Assembly: GCF_009914755.1 (NCBI RefSeq)
Contig: NC_060928.1
DNA: 64,000 bases
Source: the human T2T-CHM13v2.0 reference genome, Homo sapiens
Direction: 5' to 3' (one strand)
A program made the translations under genes and the position numbers. Positions 44,010-56,317 of this stretch are shown in pieces (within the stretch, counting starts at the first letter, position 1; each line of letters starts with the position of its first letter). Under the pieces are notes generated by a model, which worked only from the letters and a program-made list of their open reading frames with translations, was not told the origin of the DNA and did not search any database.

Positions 44010-44500
44010 AAATTTATTTATTTTAAAAATTAACATAAATTTGTAGATATTCATTGCAAACATGATGTTTTGAAGTATATATGCATTGTGGAATGTTTAA
44101 GTGAGCTGATTAACAAATCAATTCCTCACATAGTCATCATTTCTGTACTGAGAACCTAATCCACTCTCTTAGCGTTTGTCAGGAATATGATATATTGTCA
44201 TTAACTATAGTCATCCTGCTGTACAATAGATCTCTGGAACTTATTCCTCCTGTGTAATTGTAAATAGCTATTATTTGACCAACGTCTCCCCAACCTGCTT
44301 CACCTTAACTGCCCCAGCCGCTGGTAGGCACCATTTTACCCTCTACTTCTATGAGATCAGGTAGGCACCATTTTAACCTCTACTTCTATGAGATCAACTT
44401 TTTTAGAACCTGGAGGACATCATGTTAAGTGAAATAAGCCAGGTACAGAAAGACAAATTCCACATGATCTCACTTGTATGTGGAACCTAAAAATGTCAAC
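44010..44500 (-). mobile_element. L1MA 3' UTR; minus strand 44010-44406 with an inverted (+ strand) segment 44407-44500
   Basis: TTAACTATAGTCA..CTGTACAATAGATCTCTGGAACTTATTCCTCCT on minus; GAACCTGGAGGACATCATGTTAAGTGAAATAAGCCAGG..AGAAAGACAAA on plus. Confidence 0.87.
44323..44396. repeat. 37-bp tandem duplication (2 copies, 1 mismatch) within the L1
   Basis: GGTAGGCACCATTTTA(C/A)CCTCTACTTCTATGAGATCA at 44323-44359 and 44360-44396. Confidence 0.95.
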
Positions 44501-44939
44501 TTAAATTACAGAATTTTACTAAATAACAGCACAAGTCACCTTAAGAGTTCAAAAGAGGGAACAAGGGACTCCCCAATAATGAAAATAATTCTGCAATAAT
44601 TTTATTATCTAATAATGTAAACACTAATTTATATTGTTAATACAAACCTTATTTATAACTAGGTAAAACAATTCTAAGATATATTTAATATGAGTTCATC
44701 TTACAGATAAGCAAATGGAGAGAGAGGCTTAGTACTTTGCACAGCATCACATAGTTGATAGGTTATGGAGATTTTAGCACTAGGCTCAGCTGAGGAGTTG
44801 GTCTGCGTCTTGAACAATGTTTAACTCTCCATCTCACGGTGATAGGAAGTAGGTGCTTGAGGCAAAAAGAAAATGTGCAAAAGCTGAACGATATGGAAGA
44901 TCATATAAAAGGAGAATTAAGAGCATGAAATTCATGAGT

Positions 44940-45740
44940 GAAGGAATGAGGTGGAAATAGAGGCACAGCAGTTATCAAGGAAGATCCTGAAGTAAGAGAA
45001 TGAGAGTTTGCAGGTAACCCTAAGGAGGCCAATGTGGCTGAAATAGAGAGAATGAAAGAAAGGATAAAAATAGATAAGGTCAAAAAGGGTGTGCTGATCA
45101 GATTTTGGGGGGAATTTGTAAACCTTTATGACACTTTGAGCTTTCCTTTGTAATGAGGCAAGATATCTGTAGTTTTCATGAGAAATGTGACAAGATATGG
45201 CTCTAAGAAGGCAAGGGCAGAAGCAGAGAGATGGTTGGGAGACTATTAGGTAACTCAGACAAGATGAGATGGTAGGTGCGATCAGGGGACTAGACGTGCA
45301 GGTAGGTCAGATTCTGGATATATTTTGAAAACAGAGCTGAGAGGATTTGCTAGTGGTTTGGACGCAGATTGTAGAAGATTGTGATATGTCAGTGAGAACT
45401 CCAGAGTTTTTGGTCTGAATGTCAGTATGGATGGTGTATCCTTAACTGAGATGAGAAGGCTTCAGGAAGATGTGTTTTGATATAAACTCAAATTTGGAAA
45501 TACAATTCTGGTACCAGTGTGGGAGATGCCTTGGAAGGAATCATAAGTCAAAGCAGGGAAATCAGTTTGGAGTCTCAGTCATCCATGAAGAGTGTTGATG
45601 AGGTTTCTACCAGTGACCATGGCAGTGGAGAATGGAGAAAGGGACTTGACTGGGGACACTGCTGGGGTGGTTTTGGGAATGAATTGGATATAGTAGAAGG
45701 GGGAGGGTCTAAAATGGTAATCTACATGGTTTCTTGACTG
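44940..45740 (-). mobile_element. L2 fragments
   Basis: GGAGGCCAATGTGGCTGAA..CAGATTCTGGATATATTTTGAA..GAGGATTTGCT. Confidence 0.7.
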
Positions 45741-46329
45741 GCCAGTAAGACACTTCTCAGACTTGGCTCTGGGAGGCCTGTATCTTTCCAATCGGTCAAA
45801 TACTGGAAATTAACACCTTTCCTATTTGAAGATGCTTACATTCACCGTTCTTCATATCTTTTCTTTGGGATGAGCTTCAGAATGGGGAAGCCTTTCCAGC
45901 TCCCCTCATTTCTCTATGATCTTAAAAAATGAATAAACCAGGTTTTCAAGTTTAAGGTGCTCAATATTTTTAATTTCTTTGGAAAATTCCGTAGTGTCAT
46001 GCCTGAGCATTTGCAGTATCCTCTTAACAAAACTAACCTAGTTTTCTTGTCTTCAATCCTAACTCTCCAAAATCCTGTGCATTGTTAGCATGCTCCTCTT
46101 TTCCAAACAGTTTTTCCATTGTTGTTTGCTTATTCAGCAAACTTGAATGGCTGTAAGTTCTCCCTGAGATGACCCCATGTTAAATTCCATTGAAGATTTT
46201 ACATTTGCACCAGATGCTAACTCCTAACTTTATTACGTAGTGTTCTCTAAAAACATTGCCTACTTCACTGGTGACCCACTGACTCTCTGACACACTGATA
46301 ACAGCTGTCTGCCCATTTTCCCTGTCTGC

Positions 46330-46527
46330 TCTGAAACTCAATTTCCAGATTAATCTTCCTAAAAATCAACCCCAATCAAGCTATTTCCTTCCTCTGAAAC
46401 ACATTTTTACACTCTATTACCTAGTGATATAATTACAAACTCCTCCATCCCACTGACACAGTAGTTCTGACTCATTTTGCTCATTCCACACAGGTCATAG
46501 AACAGTACACTCCTAGAAATGTCTCAC
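46330..46527 (+). repeat. Copy 1 of a ~200-bp dispersed direct duplication (copy 2 at 48061-48273)
   Basis: TCTGAAACTCAATTTCCAGATTAATCTTCC...AATGTCTCAC in both copies. Confidence 0.95.
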
Positions 46528-46619
46528 ATCGACTACAATGATCTTTGGGGAATTTAGCAGGTATACTCAGGAGCACATAAAAGAGTCTCCAAGTAGAATA
46601 ATTATAACATGTATGAAAC

Positions 46620-46870
46620 CATCACCTCTCTAGTCCCTACTATGTGCCAAGTCGTTTTTGAACATTTTAAAAGTATGAACTCATTGAATCCACCTAACAA
46701 TCCTATGAAATATAAACTATTATTGTTTCATTTTATAGATGAAGCAACTCAAGCACAATGATGGTAAGCACCGTGACCCAAGGTCCCATGACTAATAAAT
46801 GGTAGAACTAGAATTTAATTTCAGATAATCTGGCCCTGAAGTCAGTGTTCTCAATTGCTCTGACAAGCTG
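46620..46870 (-). mobile_element. MIR
   Basis: CTACTATGTGCCAAG..CTCATTGAATCC..CATTTTATAGATGAAGCAACT..CCCAAGGTC. Confidence 0.8.
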
Positions 46871-47114
46871 CCTCCCTCCTTCAATTCCTGCCACCCACCA
46901 CCTCCCACCTCTTTCCCCAGCGTTGAAGGCTGAAAATTACCAAGCTTAATCAGTTTTAAACAAGTTTCACATAAGATCTCATTTGATTTGGAAGGTGGCC
47001 TGGGTCAACCAAGCCGCCAATGACTGTTCCTTCTTTGATCTGTGTCCTTGATTATCTTTCTCAGATACCACTCATAATTTACTTACCATAAACTATCTTC
47101 ATTGACCTCAAACT

Positions 47115-47117
<3 letters not shown>

Positions 47118-47170
<53 letters not shown>

Positions 47171-47179
47171 CGTATATCC

Positions 47180-47223
<44 letters not shown>

Positions 47224-47228
47224 ATATC
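47118..47228. repeat. (TA)n-(TG)n compound microsatellite
   Basis: Directly visible. Confidence 0.96.
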
Positions 47229-47263
47229 TCACATCTCTCCAACTAGATTTAAAAAATTTTCAA

Positions 47264-47566
<303 letters not shown>

Positions 47567-48060
47567 TCAAAACCATAATCATAATTAGCACTCCAAATTG
47601 CTCTTTTGATTTCCCAACTTCATTAATGGTCCTCTCATCTAACTTCAGAGTGACCCCTGTGACCTCTCTGTCCCTTACCTAATCCATCTTTACTTGCAGT
47701 CTGTTTCTAAGTTTTGGTTCTTCATGCATCCCTAATATCACTGTTAGTCTTCTCTATTTTTTCTGTTTATAGTGTGGACATGCCTCATGCACTGTCCCAG
47801 AGTAAGGAAGCAATGAATTGATGGTTGATGGTTGCTTTAGGTTCTCATTGTCTTTTCCCCTGCTGTCATATAAGTCTTTATCTAGTCTTCCAAATTCAAT
47901 AAACTAAATTTGAACCTTTGACCCCATGTATCTGTCCTAAATTCCATTGCCAGTTTAGTTAATCTAAGGAAGAACCCGTGTCCTCCTCCCGACTATCACC
48001 TTCCTCTCCACATCATTGTCTGCTGAAATAAGGATGCATTCCCCAGTTGGTATGAAAAAA

Positions 48061-48273
48061 TCTGAAACTCAATTTCCAGATTAATCTTCCAAAAAATCAA
48101 CTCCAATCAAGCCATTTTCTTCCTCTGAAACACACTGTTACACTCTATTACCTGGTGATATAATTACAGACTCCTCCCTCAGCAGCTCCATCCCACTGAC
48201 TCAGTAGTTCTGACTCATTTTGCTCATTCCACACAGTTCACAGAACAGCACACTGCTGTCAGTAATGTCTCAC
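48061..48273 (+). repeat. Copy 2 of the ~200-bp dispersed direct duplication, in L2-like context
   Basis: Same text as 46330-46527 plus an extra CTCAGCAGCTCC. Confidence 0.95.
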
Positions 48274-48929
48274 TCAGCGCACCATTGATTTGTCCTTTCC
48301 ACCCCTTCTCCTGTTATTCCACTGCATACGTTGTACCCTCTTAGGAAACCAGACCACAAACTACTGGCATAAAAAATGCAGTGTGTTTCCACCTCCATTC
48401 CCTGATTTTTGCCGTTCCTCCCCTGCCCATCCGCTTTTATGTGTTGACACATTCACATAATCTTTTTTTTCTTATTCCAAGTGCTTTCTTGCTTTTTTTG
48501 ACTGTCAGTATTTTTTTTAATTCACTTTATTCATCCTTCTGTTTGATATTCGCCTCATCTTCTTTACTCGATTTGAAAATTCTTAAAGACAGGAAATTGG
48601 CCTTACCCAACTCAGTAGCCCTTGCAACATAGAGTAGATATTAAATAACAGTATGTTGGATTGCAATAACTGCTAACCTTCAGTTGACTATATATAGAAA
48701 ATATAGATCATTGTTCAAACATAGTCTAATGCATCATTTTGCAAATAACAATTAAGTCGGAGGCTAGGATGAGTTAGGGAAAAGCCATCTAAATTTCAGA
48801 CTATAGGAAGGACATACTGAGATTAAGTAGCTCCTGGAATCATCTTTAGAAATCCCTAAATCTTGGCTAAATATTTACCTATGTTTTCCACATATGTATT
48901 TTAACAATTTGTCTCATTGTTTAGCATGA

Positions 48930-49100
48930 ACACCAAACATCTCTGAAACTCAGTTTCCTTTCCTTTAAAACCAAGAAACAGTATCTATTTTACAAGGTGG
49001 TTATGAGGAATAAAGGAAATAAGAGTTTAAGTAAGGGAATAATTTCTGCTTAAAAAGCAACTATTGCATGTAGTAGGTACTAAAAATTTGTTAGTTTCTT
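48930..49100 (+). mobile_element. MIR
   Basis: CATCTCTGAAACTCAGTTTCCTT..AAGGTGGTTATGAGGAATAAA..TAGTAGGTACT. Confidence 0.6.
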
Positions 49101-50875
49101 CCTCCTGTTGTGGGTACACATGGCCCACTTAACTGAAGGAGTCTGGGATCCACAATTAATCCTTGGCATCAGAGCTGAGACCCCATAGTGTGGCCTGTGG
49201 AGCCATCTACTCAGGGGACAACCACACATAAACCATTAGCCTTAAGAGAATAAGGAGGCTCTGAGCAAGACACTCTAACACTTTTGCAAACAAAAAATTT
49301 CTATTATCAGGATTTAGCTATTTGATGCCCTAGGATTCTGTCAAGGTAATTTGAAGGACTAAAATCAAATTTAAAAGGAACGGCATTCTGACTGTGCATT
49401 TCACAATTTTTTCTACAAACCACCTAAAATCATCTCCCTGACTTTCCGCCCAGCCCACTCTACTTCCATGACTCTAAGACAAAACTGTGCCTAGGGACTG
49501 AGCAGAACTGAGGTTATAGGTGGGGAATGACATAGCCCCAGCTGTTGGGAAGGGGAAGGCTGCAGAGCCTAGGAGCAGGTAAAGTCTGGAGCAAACACCT
49601 CTGCCGTTTTTATTCATCTACACACTCTTTGAGGCTTTTTTTTTTTTTGTCTTTGAAGTGGAAAATTATAAGCGATTAGAAAACATGGAATTGGCGAAGA
49701 CAGAATAGTAGAAACACTACTAAATGGTTTTTAGGAGGCATTGTAAACAGATTCAAATTTTCTTGAATGCAAAGTTTTCCTCCTCATTTCTTATTACTTT
49801 CTTATTTTTGTGTCTCCTATCTCTCTTTGCTTTCTCTTTGTTCTGTAGCCTTCTCTGAACACTGTTTCTGTCATCGAGGCTTTTAAATATATATTGTTAA
49901 ATATTATTAACTTGATGTAATTAAGCAAAGGAAGGAAGTCAGTCTAAATCAATGGCAAACTGGAGAAATAAGCAATTTTTTAGGAAATGAAGGATTAATA
50001 CTCTTAGGGATATACTGAAACTATTGAAAGCAGTAACACACTACATCACTAAGGAAGTGGAAGGCTGCCTTAACTCCTACATAAGCACATTTTGGAAATT
50101 TATTGTTTGAAATAATTTGTTGTGCTACAGACCTTTACTGTTTAAATAGACTAGTATTTATTTTTTTTACGAATTGCTTAGCAAAAAAACATTGAGGATA
50201 TTGAGATATAAATGCAGTTCTTCGTTGCTTAAAACTTGGTGCTAATAAGGTCAAGACCACACACTAAATCTCCGTATCTGCCGGTTCTCTCTCTCTCTGT
50301 TGCGTGGCCACAAATGTATGAACAAGAAACTCAGATCATAAGCAGCAGTGGGGGAGAGGATGTGGATGAGTCTGTCCAATATGCCTTCTCATATTGGAAA
50401 ATGGCTCTGTTTTCATCTGATATGCACCTGTGGTTAGTAGCTTCGTATTTCTTTGTGAGCATCAGTTATCCTAGAATTTTAAAGATAATTTTAATACCAT
50501 CATTGTTGCTTTAATAATTTATTTTATTTGCTATTTCAACTCTACTATGTGGTAATATTACTTAAAACTAGATGAGAATTTTCTGCTTTCATTGATATTT
50601 CTTGCACGTATATTTATATTCTTCTCATTAAGGCTAATAATACTATGTGAGCTCATAGAATTGGCATTGGAATTCTCTGAAGGAAAAATAATGATCCATT
50701 TCATGAGATGAGCGATTTTTACAAACTGCTGTTTCCAGCTCAGAGTGCTTTGTTCAGTGATTAAAATGTATTTCTCAATTAAATTAAAATGCAAATATAG
50801 ACAGTCTATTTTATGATTATAATAGAATTATTTAAAGAAGGTTTTATGTAAACCTGCTATTAATATTTGATGCAT

Positions 50876-50944
50876 AAACTGTTCGTTTTATTGTTGGGCC
50901 GGTTCTGCCATGTTCCATTTTCAAGATTACTAGAAGTGCTATGA
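50876..50944 (+). repeat. 69-bp direct repeat, copy 1 (upstream of the SLIT2 exon)
   Basis: AAACTGTTCGTTTTATTGTTGGGCCGGTTCTGCCATGTTCCATTTTCAAGATTACTAGAAGTGCTATGA. Confidence 0.97.
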
Positions 50945-51387
50945 AAACTTAATCATACTGTCCAGGTTTTATCAGTTTTTACCCACTCTACTCTGGGAAA
51001 TTAAGTAGGATGCTTTCCTATATACTTTATAAGTTATGCCAGGGGTGTTGGAGAAATATAAACTACTAAAACCTCAGAATCCCCTGAAACTGAATTATGA
51101 ACAATTTACTATTCTTTAAAGAAATGTTTTTGTTACACAGATACAGTGACTCTTAAATTTACGAGTACCATATTTTATAGTTTCTCATGAAATTAAAGAT
51201 CTAGAAGCATACTTCAAGAAGCCATTATTCCAACTTTTTAATTTATATTAGAAATATAAAATATTTATATTAGAAACTGCATATAATGCTATGGATTTAA
51301 TTATGATCCTTTTAGGGTTTTCTTTTTTCTTTCTGGTGTCCTATAACTTCTCAAACATTTGGATTAAAATAATCTTTAAATAATATT

Positions 51388-51423
51388 TTCTAACGTGATC
51401 CTTTTTGTTGTTGTTGTTTTTAG
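51388..51423 (+). promoter_or_regulatory. SLIT2: Branch point, U/UG-rich tract and 3' splice acceptor of the SLIT2 exon
   Basis: TTCTAAC at 51388-51394 (~30 nt upstream of the AG), then CTTTTTGTTGTTGTTGTTTTTAG ending at 51423. Confidence 0.85.
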
Positions 51424-51495
51424 TGATCTCAGTGAAAACCAAATTCAGGCAATCCCAAGGAAAGCTTTCCGTGGGGCAGTTGACATAAAAAATTT
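51424..51495 (+). CDS. SLIT2: Internal coding exon of SLIT2 (slit guidance ligand 2), one 24-aa leucine-rich repeat of domain D1; probably exon 5
   Basis: TAG|T GAT CTC AGT GAA AAC CAA ATT CAG GCA ATC CCA AGG AAA GCT TTC CGT GGG GCA GTT GAC ATA AAA AAT TT|GTAAGT gives 72 nt, phase 2-2, [23 protein letters not shown]. This matches my recollection of human SLIT2 (SLIT1 has ..RGATDLKNL, SLIT3 ..[17 protein letters not shown]). Exon number is from memory. Confidence 0.96.
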
Positions 51496-51501
51496 GTAAG
51501 T
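51496..51501 (+). promoter_or_regulatory. SLIT2: 5' splice donor of the SLIT2 exon
   Basis: Consensus GTAAGT immediately after the 72-nt LRR exon. Confidence 0.93.
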
Positions 51502-51852
51502 ATCTATTTTTAAATTTATAGTGTTTTAAGTCATTATCTATTTTCAAAGTCAAGTTTATATTAAATAAAGTGTCAGAAAGAAATGGTGAAAACCCTGTGT
51601 ATATTTATGCTTGCGTAGGAGACCTTGTAACAGTAAGTTGTCAATTGTTTTCACAAGCTGTTTGACGAGATGCTCATTTAGAAGATGTCTGGAAACAAGC
51701 CATCATTAAATTCATTCTTTAATCCTTGTGATTAATCTTTTGAAACCTATGAAGTGATTTGATTCGCAGATATTTGTGTTTTTTCCCCACTTTTTCTATC
51801 AGCTTACTTCAGTAACTATGTATTCAGTTGCTGTTGGTGTTTATTAGAAACA

Positions 51853-51921
51853 AAACTGTTAGTTTTATTGTTGGGCCAGTTCTGCCATGTTCCATTTTCA
51901 AGATTACTAGAAGTGCTATGA
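51853..51921 (+). repeat. 69-bp direct repeat, copy 2 (downstream of the SLIT2 exon)
   Basis: AAACTGTTAGTTTTATTGTTGGGCCAGTTCTGCCATGTTCCATTTTCAAGATTACTAGAAGTGCTATGA; 67/69 identical to copy 1. Confidence 0.97.
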
Positions 51922-53395
51922 GAATATGGACTATTATTTTCTGGAAATAGTAGATAATATTTTCTTCTTAGAGACACCTGTAGCCTAGAGCTACAGCTTT
52001 TTCCAGAGTTTTAAGATCACCCTTTGCATTAAATACCAAAAGCATGAGAATGACAAAATTATGTCTTTCCCTTTGTGTGAGTGTATTTCTTACACTTTCC
52101 CTCATATCCTCATGAAAGAATGTATTTATAGCATCCTTTAAAAAAATGAAAGTGCATTTCTGTATTTTCCTTTGATAAATCTTTAGTCTGGTGTTTCAAT
52201 TATAAGCATTTTTAAGTGCCTTTATTTCTAAGGATGCATATCAGATTTAAGATCTCAGTGACAATCATAATATCAATATCTCTCTAAATTTTAAAATACT
52301 ATATTAGCTTCTAAAAATGATGGTTTTTGATAGACTATGAATCCTAGGACATAAATGTTTTTCTTAGCTTTTACATTAGTTTGGAATGTAGGGGAGAAAA
52401 GCCCCTGTATGCTGAGATTAACTGTCAGGAATTTAATATTGCTTAGCTAGTAATAAACAGGGCAGGCACTTTTTCAAGAATTAACTTATATTCAGAATTC
52501 TCCATGGTTGGATCCAATGCCTTTTTTTTTTTTCCAGTAGCAAAAGTAAGACAGATGTTTTCCCTTGTCAAAGAAGACAACTGTTTGTAAAGCCACAGAT
52601 TTTGGCCTCTATGTCTTCTCCTTAATGTAAATGATTTTTTGAACTTGCACTTTCTAAATGTACAGGTAAAGACAGACAACTACAGGCTTCTAAGGTATAA
52701 ATGTATAAAGCCATTAAAACTATGGCTGTAAGGTTTTTATGGGTGCTCAATTTAATATGATTTTATTTGCTTTCTTTTTACTTTTGCTAGTTAGGGCTTC
52801 AAGAAGTCTTCAGGTAGACTCAATGATACACAGTGTTCAAATCTACCTGGATAGAACAGTGTGCAAGAATTCCTATGTAGCATTTACTTAAGTTGCCTTC
52901 ACTTAGCTGTAAAAATACGGCAATAGCTGCAGTTGACCATCCCTTAGTAATGCTATTTGCAGTCTTACAGTAGTATTACCTCTAATTCCTTAAAACAGGT
53001 GGCTTTTAATCTTCTTAGTTAAGATATTCAGGGAATCCAAGTAAAAAAGTGGCCCTCCTCCCACATTTAAGGATACGCATGGAAATAGGGACCAGTCAGT
53101 CATGATAGAATTCTTCTTTATATATTTTATATTTATCCTTAAAACATGTGATTTCAAAAGTTTAGCGATAACAGAAGCTAGTCAGTGTTCTATCTAATGG
53201 GATGTTGATTTAGCAAAGTTTTCAAATCTTTTCTCCCCCACAGGCATAATTTTTTCTCAGAATTTAAAGATTTTTTATTATCATTTATGCAGTTAGATGA
53301 GTTTTTTTAAAATTATTAATGCAGTTAGTTGAGTTTAAGACTGGAGTCTCAGAATGTTTTGTTATTTTTTGGACTTGCAGATATGAGCAAATTAG

Positions 53396-53743
<348 letters not shown>

Positions 53744-54134
53744 TAAACAATAGTTATTTGGGTTTGGTATGGTTATTAGGGAAAGAAGATGTATGAAAGA
53801 CCTTTCGAAACAGTAAAATGCTATGAAAATACAGTATTTCATTTGCAAGTATTTGACTAATCAAATGCTAAAAGTTAACCCTAAAAAATGCATCATAAGG
53901 GGAGACAGGAAAGTGTAACATGAAATGATTAGCAATATTGACTAGAAATGACTATTCTATTGTGGGTCATTTTGACATGAAGTTACAAAATGGAAAAAGA
54001 AAATATAATAGAAAGTGCTAAATGAATATGCACAAGACCTTGATTTGTGAACAAGGCATTAAAGGCTGTAGGTGCTGAGGAAACAGAAAAGTATCGCTTG
54101 AAGTTATCAGGGAATGGTTAGATTGGAAGAGTAA

Positions 54135-54525
<391 letters not shown>

Positions 54526-55877
54526 ATCCCTGTTTTTTAAAGGCAAAGCAGTATGTGTCTTGAATAGCCGCAGTGGTAAGAATTATAGGGATCTGAATAT
54601 GGGGGGAGCTGAGTATTGTGGCATCTACATTATTTCAACTTTGGAAGCTTATGTTTCTACAGAAGAAAAGGGGCTTCAGAAACTATGTGGATGATGAGTG
54701 ATGTTGATCAAAAGAACAATTTATTCCCACTATTCTCATTGCCTTCCATGTAACAATGTGAAAGACAATGAGGGAAATATTAAAATATCACAATGAATGT
54801 ATAGGTTTATTTTATGAATTAGGATCACAGCTGCAATATTATAAAAATTTTACATTAAAAGGCATTTTCTAGGATTAAAAAATAGTTCAAACTACATTGT
54901 TCAAGAAAAGTTCCAATCTCATGGGGTTTGTATGAAGTTTAGTTTTATCATGAAAACTTACGAAGGCTATCTGGTAAAATATATTATAACTGAGGGTAAA
55001 TTTAATTCCTATTATTGTGAAACTGGTGAACATAAGTCATCGTCATGGCTCAATACATTTCCATTAATATTAGCATTATTAATATTATTAGTATTTGGTG
55101 TAAGAAGAAGGTACAGTACTTCATCCCATGTGTCATGCTAGTATGTCCATTTACAAGTTGAAAAACCCTGCATGATGCCATTGTGGCTACTGTTCAGTGT
55201 TACTCAGAGAGTAAAAGAGAAAAAAAAGAAGCTGCCCAGGCCATATTTTGTATAGCACTATGTAAAAGCCCAGTCTGATGCACTGTAACAGGTTTATGGG
55301 ATTTGGCACATTCAGGCCTTAGAGCAAATTCCAGTGTTCACAAGATTTTCACTAAAAGCATTTGCTTTAATCTTGTGGATTGGCTAAATATGCTCAAGGC
55401 GGTATCCCAACAATATGAAATTGATGCTGTGGAAATTTTGCAGATTAGCAGATCTCATTCCCCTTCCTCCAGGCAAGCCACACTAAAACTATTCTAAACA
55501 GATGGACAGTTATCTTGCTCTTAAACATCTCCAGGGAGGACTTCCCATAACTTTTTTGCTTCTCTCTATTCATTTCTTAACTCGATTAAATTTTTTTACA
55601 TTTTATTTTGCTACCTTATTTTCTCCAGCCACAATTTAAACTACTTTTTCCCTTGACATTTTACACAATGAGATATGCTGTGAGAATAGCAAGGTCATAT
55701 GAAAATATCAACTAAATTATACTGTTTATAATGGTCACTGGTGGTACATTTCTGTAGGATTTACATTTGTGTTTTTAAACTCCCAAAACAAATATGAATT
55801 AAGTATTGATAGCATATCATTATCAACTGATGCTTTGCCAAAATGTAACCAATATTTAGGAAAAATTGCTTTAGAAA

Positions 55878-56317
55878 TGTGTGTGTGTGTGTATATATAT
55901 ATAGATCTATATATCTATATATAGATCTATATATAGATATATATCTATATATATAGATATATAGACATATAGATCTATATATAGATATATATATCTATAT
56001 ATAGATCTATATATAGATATAGATATCTATATAGATATCTATATCTATATATATGTAGATATATAGATATAGATATCTATATATCTATATATATAGATAT
56101 CTATAGATATATATCTATATAGATATATCTATATCTATATATAGATATATATCTATATATAGATATATATCTATATATAGATAGATATATATCTATATAT
56201 AGATATATCTATATCTATATATAGATATATATCTATATATAGATATATCTATATATAGATATATATCTATAGATATATCTATATATATCGATATATCTAT
56301 ATATATCGATATATATA
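55878..56317. repeat. ~440-bp AT-rich complex repeat: (TG)n, then (TA)n punctuated by GA/TC (ATATAGAT / ATCTATAT units)
   Basis: Directly visible; contains a perfect 36-bp palindrome at 55908-55943. Confidence 0.97.

Noticed and set aside
51341-51553. 70-aa minus-strand ORF overlapping the SLIT2 exon
   Set aside because: Antisense shadow; the + strand frame has splice signals and a recognisable SLIT2 peptide.
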